Source: Candidatus Cloacimonadota bacterium
GTDB lineage: Bacteria > Cloacimonadota > Cloacimonadia > Cloacimonadales > GCA-2742885
Length of the DNA: 64,000 nt
Reading direction: 5' to 3'
Assembly: GCA_002742885.1 (NCBI GenBank)
Contig: PDOO01000026.1
Coordinates: 4,969 to 68,968, forward strand
Part shown: positions 60,310 to 64,000 of the stretch, in pieces
Layout of the letters: every line of letters starts with the position of its first letter
How positions within the stretch are numbered: position 1 is the stretch's first letter
The notes under the pieces: model-generated
Databases searched by the model: none
The model's input: only the letters and a program-made list of their open reading frames with translations
What the model was told of the DNA's origin: nothing
Position numbers and translations under genes: made by a program

Positions 60310-61953
60310 TTACCTTTTTTTTCTGATTATTTTTTCTACGATGTAATAGTCTTTTTTCTGTCCTTCAAAATAAATCCTCATCATTATTTCCCCCAAAAGA
60401 CCCATAATCAAAATTTGGAATGAACCGACTGAAACAATACAGAAAAGCAATAAAATTGTATTAAATGAAATAAAAAAATCAGGAAAAATAAATTTCATGA
60501 CAGCGATCAGAAGCAAAGCAAGAGATGACCAACCGATAATATTTTTGGCTATTCTGCCGAAAAACTGAATGGGACGAACAAGAAAATCGGAGAAAAATCT
60601 GACCACGATAAGGTCAAAAATTACTCTGGAAACTCTGCCCAAGCCGTATTTGGCAACACCGTATTTGCGAGGATGATGTTTTACCGGTATTTCCGCAACT
60701 TTAACGCCTAGCCAAGCGGCAAAAACCGGTATAAAACGGTGCATTTCTCCGTAAAGTCTGATATTTTTTATGATACCTCGTTTATAGGCTTTCAGAGTAC
60801 AGCCGAAATCGTTGAGCTGTATTCCGGAACCTGAAATCAAAATATTTATTATTTTGTTTGCTATTTTAGACGGAATTTTACGAGTAATCGTTTTATCTTG
60901 TCTGTTTTTTCTCCAACCGTTTACCAAATCGTAGCCTTCCGCCATTTTTTCGAGAAGCAAAGGAATATCGGAAGGATCGTTTTGCAAATCACCGTCCATT
61001 GTAATAATGACCTTGCCGGAAGAATATTTGAATCCGGCGCTTAATGCCGCCGTCTGCCCGTAATTCCTTCTGAACTGAACAACTTTTACCTTGGAATCTT
61101 TTTGAGCAAGATCAGTTAAAATCTCTCCGCTTTTATCGGAAGAGCCGTCATTTATAAAAATAATTTCGTAGCTTTGATTTATTTCCGTAATTGTTTTAAC
61201 TGTCCGATCATAAAGGATTTTTATGTTTCCTTCCTCATTAAAAACAGGAACAACCACAGAAATATCCAAATTTCCTTTATCCGAATCAGAGACTATGTTT
61301 TCCTGAATTTCCAAAGGCAAAATATCGGATTCCCGACTTGTAAAATTTAAATGCAATGTGTTTTCGCTGTTTTTACTCAGCGGAATGTGCGATAAATCAT
61401 CCAAATAATTTCTCAGTTCTATAACTTCTATTTTATTTTGCTCTGCTGCGGAAAAGGATTCCGATATTTCGTAAGCTTTCGTAAGTTTTTCCTGTTTGAT
61501 GTAAACATAAGCCAGATTTATTCTTGCATGGAGGTAGTCTTTCTTTAATCGGAGAGCTTTGTTTAAAAAGAGTTCTGCTTTTTCATATTTTTTCAGATGA
61601 AAACAGGTAACCCCGATATCGTTCATCAAAGAAAAATCCGTCGGGTCAGTTTCGCGAGCTTCCAAAAAATATTTTAAAGCATCATCGTATTTCTCCCGTT
61701 CGAACATCAACAAACCGTAATCGTAAAGATACTTAAAATTTTTCGGTTCCAAATCAACGGTTTTCTTCAATGAATCGGTGCTTTTTGAAAATTCGTTTAA
61801 CATTTTATAGGCATTTCCCAAAACAGAATGAATTTCCGGTTCATCTTTATTTAAAAGGGAAGCTTTTTCCCAATTTTTTATCGCTTCTTTGAGATTTTTA
61901 TTTTTGAAATATTTTATTCCCTCTTCATATAATTCCCGCCAATCTTCACTCAT
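60310..61953 (-). CDS. TPR repeats fused to a polyprenol-phosphate GT2 glycosyltransferase (ArnC/DPM1-like)
   Basis: N-terminal TPR helices, then SVVVPVFNEE, NDGSSD, RNYGQTAA, MDGDLQND, GEMHRFIP and two C-terminal TMs; likely start 61953 (GGAGG RBS). Confidence 0.85.
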   Translation of the reverse strand: MSEDWRELYEEGIKYFKNKNLKEAIKNWEKASLLNKDEPEIHSVLGNAYKMLNEFSKSTDSLKKTVDLEPKNFKYLYDYGLLMFEREKYDDALKYFLEARETDPTDFSLMNDIGVTCFHLKKYEKAELFLNKALRLKKDYLHARINLAYVYIKQEKLTKAYEISESFSAAEQNKIEVIELRNYLDDLSHIPLSKNSENTLHLNFTSRESDILPLEIQENIVSDSDKGNLDISVVVPVFNEEGNIKILYDRTVKTITEINQSYEIIFINDGSSDKSGEILTDLAQKDSKVKVVQFRRNYGQTAALSAGFKYSSGKVIITMDGDLQNDPSDIPLLLEKMAEGYDLVNGWRKNRQDKTITRKIPSKIANKIINILISGSGIQLNDFGCTLKAYKRGIIKNIRLYGEMHRFIPVFAAWLGVKVAEIPVKHHPRKYGVAKYGLGRVSRVIFDLIVVRFFSDFLVRPIQFFGRIAKNIIGWSSLALLLIAVMKFIFPDFFISFNTILLLFCIVSVGSFQILIMGLLGEIMMRIYFEGQKKDYYIVEKIIRKKR

Positions 61954-62261
61954 AATTAACCTCCGATAAAATAAAGCCTTATGAATACAAAATCCACAAG
62001 GCTTTTCATAAATAATGATCCTTTTCACTTCCTTGTGATTTGATTTTCTTCCCTGAAATTAATGATCATCTTCTTTTATTTCGGTATATAACGACATCAT
62101 GAAATGAAATTTTTATGCCAAAAACCGGTTTTTAATTATTTTATACCGATAAAATAATAAAAAATATTCGCTGAATTGTTTCTTTAATCAAAACGTCATC
62201 AGACAGAATACTGTATTTTCGGTTTATTATTGACGAAACAGGCTGATAATTTTTTTGACAA

Positions 62262-62270
62262 TGTTATAAT
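62262..62270 (+). promoter_or_regulatory. Extended -10 promoter element upstream of suhB
   Basis: TGTTATAAT (TGnTATAAT) 35 bp before the ATG. Confidence 0.45.
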
Positions 62271-62305
62271 AAAATTAAGATTTGAGTAAGTAAAGGATTT
62301 TAATT

Positions 62306-63070
62306 ATGTTGAACAGGATAATTAATTTAAGTAAAGAAGCCGGTAAAATTCTGTCGGAAGGTTATAATAAACAAGATTGCCTAATTTCTTATAAAGGAAA
62401 AGTTGATTTGGTTACCGAAACGGATTTAAAATGCGAAAAATTCATTGCGGATTATATTAAACGCAATTTTCCCGAAGACACTGTTTTAGCGGAAGAAAAT
62501 AATTCGATTACCGGTACCAATAACCGGGTTTGGATTATAGATCCTCTTGACGGAACAACCAATTTTTCTCACAAATATCCTTTTTTTGCTGTTTCAATTG
62601 CTTTGCAAATTGACGGAGAAATAAGATTCGGAGCAGTGTTTAACCCTGTCTTAAATGAATTGTTCTATGCAGAGAAAGGAAAGGGAGCTTTTCTTAACGA
62701 CAAAAAAATTTCGGTATCTTCAACAAAAGATATTTCAAAATCTCTGATCGCAACGGGATTTCCTTACGACAGATGGGAAAACGGAGATTTATACCTAGAA
62801 GAAATGAAAAAATTCGTAAAACAATGCCTGGGAGTAAGACGGGAAGGATCGGCAGCAATTGATTTATGTTATGTTGCATGCGGTCGTTTGGACGGATATT
62901 TCGAAAGAAAATTAAAACCGTGGGATATGGCGGCAGGACAACTGATTGTTCTGGAAGCAGGCGGTAAAATAAGTACTTACGAAAATGATACCTGGAATAT
63001 AAACAGTCACTCAATAATTGCCGACAATCAAAAAATTCATAAAATAATAATTGATTTGTTATCATCTTAA
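62306..63070 (+). CDS. suhB: Inositol monophosphatase family protein
   Basis: DLVTETD, AEE, WIIDPLDGTTNF, GSAAIDLCYVACGR, WDMAAG. Confidence 0.9.
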   Translation: MLNRIINLSKEAGKILSEGYNKQDCLISYKGKVDLVTETDLKCEKFIADYIKRNFPEDTVLAEENNSITGTNNRVWIIDPLDGTTNFSHKYPFFAVSIALQIDGEIRFGAVFNPVLNELFYAEKGKGAFLNDKKISVSSTKDISKSLIATGFPYDRWENGDLYLEEMKKFVKQCLGVRREGSAAIDLCYVACGRLDGYFERKLKPWDMAAGQLIVLEAGGKISTYENDTWNINSHSIIADNQKIHKIIIDLLSS

Positions 63071-63089
63071 ATTAAAAAAAGGAAAGAAA

Positions 63090-64000
63090 ATGAATTATTC
63101 GCAAAAATTTAAAAATAACCTGCCAAACTTTTATCTGTTTCAAAAAGTAAATTTCCTGATTTTAGCCTTAATCAATATTTTTTATCTTTTTTTTACCGAT
63201 GTTCCGCAAACAAAAACTTTTTTATTTTTGCTGAATGCCTGGATCTCAAATACTTTTATGATTTCTGCGGCAATGTCTTTGATATTTTTTGTTTTATATG
63301 CAGTTTGGCCTTCCCGTAAAAATATTTATGCTGCGATGCTTCCTCTGACGGTTCCTTTTTATGCCTTCTTTTTAAGTGATGCAGGACAATATAATTTATT
63401 CAAGTATCACATTAACGGGATGGTAATAAATCAAATAACAGCATCAATTAAAGGTGAATCTGATTCTGTGTCTCTCGGGGCAGCCACGTGGCTTACGGGT
63501 ATTTTGATTGTTATATTTTTTATATTGATTCATGTTTTTACTCAGCTGAAGATAAAAAAAATAAATTCGTTCAAATTTATATCTTCAAAATACGCTAATA
63601 AATACTTCTTTATTTTGTTATTTATTTTATTTGTTTCTGACAAAGTATCTTACGGTGTATATGATTTGATGGATGAAGTCGGCGTTATAAGCTATAATAA
63701 TGTTTTCCCTTTTTATCAGCCTTTTACAATAAAAAGAACTGCTCGAAAATTCGGTTACAAAGACAATCGAGATCATGTAAAAATATCGGCGGAAGTTTCT
63801 CGACTTCAATATCCTTTGCATGAAATCATCTCTGATAAACCGGAAAAAAACTATAATATTTTATGGATTTTATGGGATGCTTTTCGTTATGATAAATTAG
63901 ATGAAAAGGTTATGCCGAATATTTATAAATTCAGTAAAAAAAGTCAGGTATTTTTAAATCATTACAGCGGAGGAAATGCTTCAAGATTCGGAGTTTTTTC
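63090..64000 (+). CDS. YejM/PbgA-like membrane protein (DUF3413 + sulfatase-like), partial, runs off the window end
   Basis: Manual translation from ATG at 63090: about 5 TMs, YHING, LQYPL, NILWILWDAFRYD, MPN, NHYSGGN. Confidence 0.8.
   Translation, partial: MNYSQKFKNNLPNFYLFQKVNFLILALINIFYLFFTDVPQTKTFLFLLNAWISNTFMISAAMSLIFFVLYAVWPSRKNIYAAMLPLTVPFYAFFLSDAGQYNLFKYHINGMVINQITASIKGESDSVSLGAATWLTGILIVIFFILIHVFTQLKIKKINSFKFISSKYANKYFFILLFILFVSDKVSYGVYDLMDEVGVISYNNVFPFYQPFTIKRTARKFGYKDNRDHVKISAEVSRLQYPLHEIISDKPEKNYNILWILWDAFRYDKLDEKVMPNIYKFSKKSQVFLNHYSGGNASRFGVF

Noticed and set aside
62105-62121. Sigma-54 promoter TTGGCATAAAAATTTCA upstream of the TPR-GT2 gene
   Set aside because: The -12 position reads TC instead of the near-invariant GC.

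Overview
An AT-rich, gene-dense chromosomal window from an anaerobic diderm bacterium. A FlgD-type C-terminal sorting tail, a C25 gingipain relic, amino-acid catabolism genes and [FeFe]-hydrogenase maturases suggest Cloacimonadota or a related FCB-group lineage (inference). It is mostly housekeeping: a polar amino-acid ABC transporter, pyrG, murI, map, FKBP, PBP1A, YgiQ, csp, tadA, tRNA-Leu(CAG), tRNA-Ser(CGA), lepA, hslO, groEL with a CIRCE box, pruA and suhB. It also holds an [FeFe]-hydrogenase maturation operon (TM1266-type protein, hydG, small ORF, aspA, hydE, hydF), a two-subunit proline/sarcosine-dehydrogenase-like complex, a Gld-type ABC system, and a small decayed accessory islet with an attC-like site. 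Best candidates for something undescribed: (1) a three-helix transcription/translation attenuator in the maturase operon leader, directly ahead of a small ACT-like protein with no DNA-binding domain; (2) a stand-alone cas6 with no array or other cas gene in the window; (3) an unknown small ORF coupled between hydG and aspA; (4) a TerB/degenerate-FHA/ABCG transporter fusion with a partner lipoprotein. All calls come from motif recognition by eye; no database search was run.
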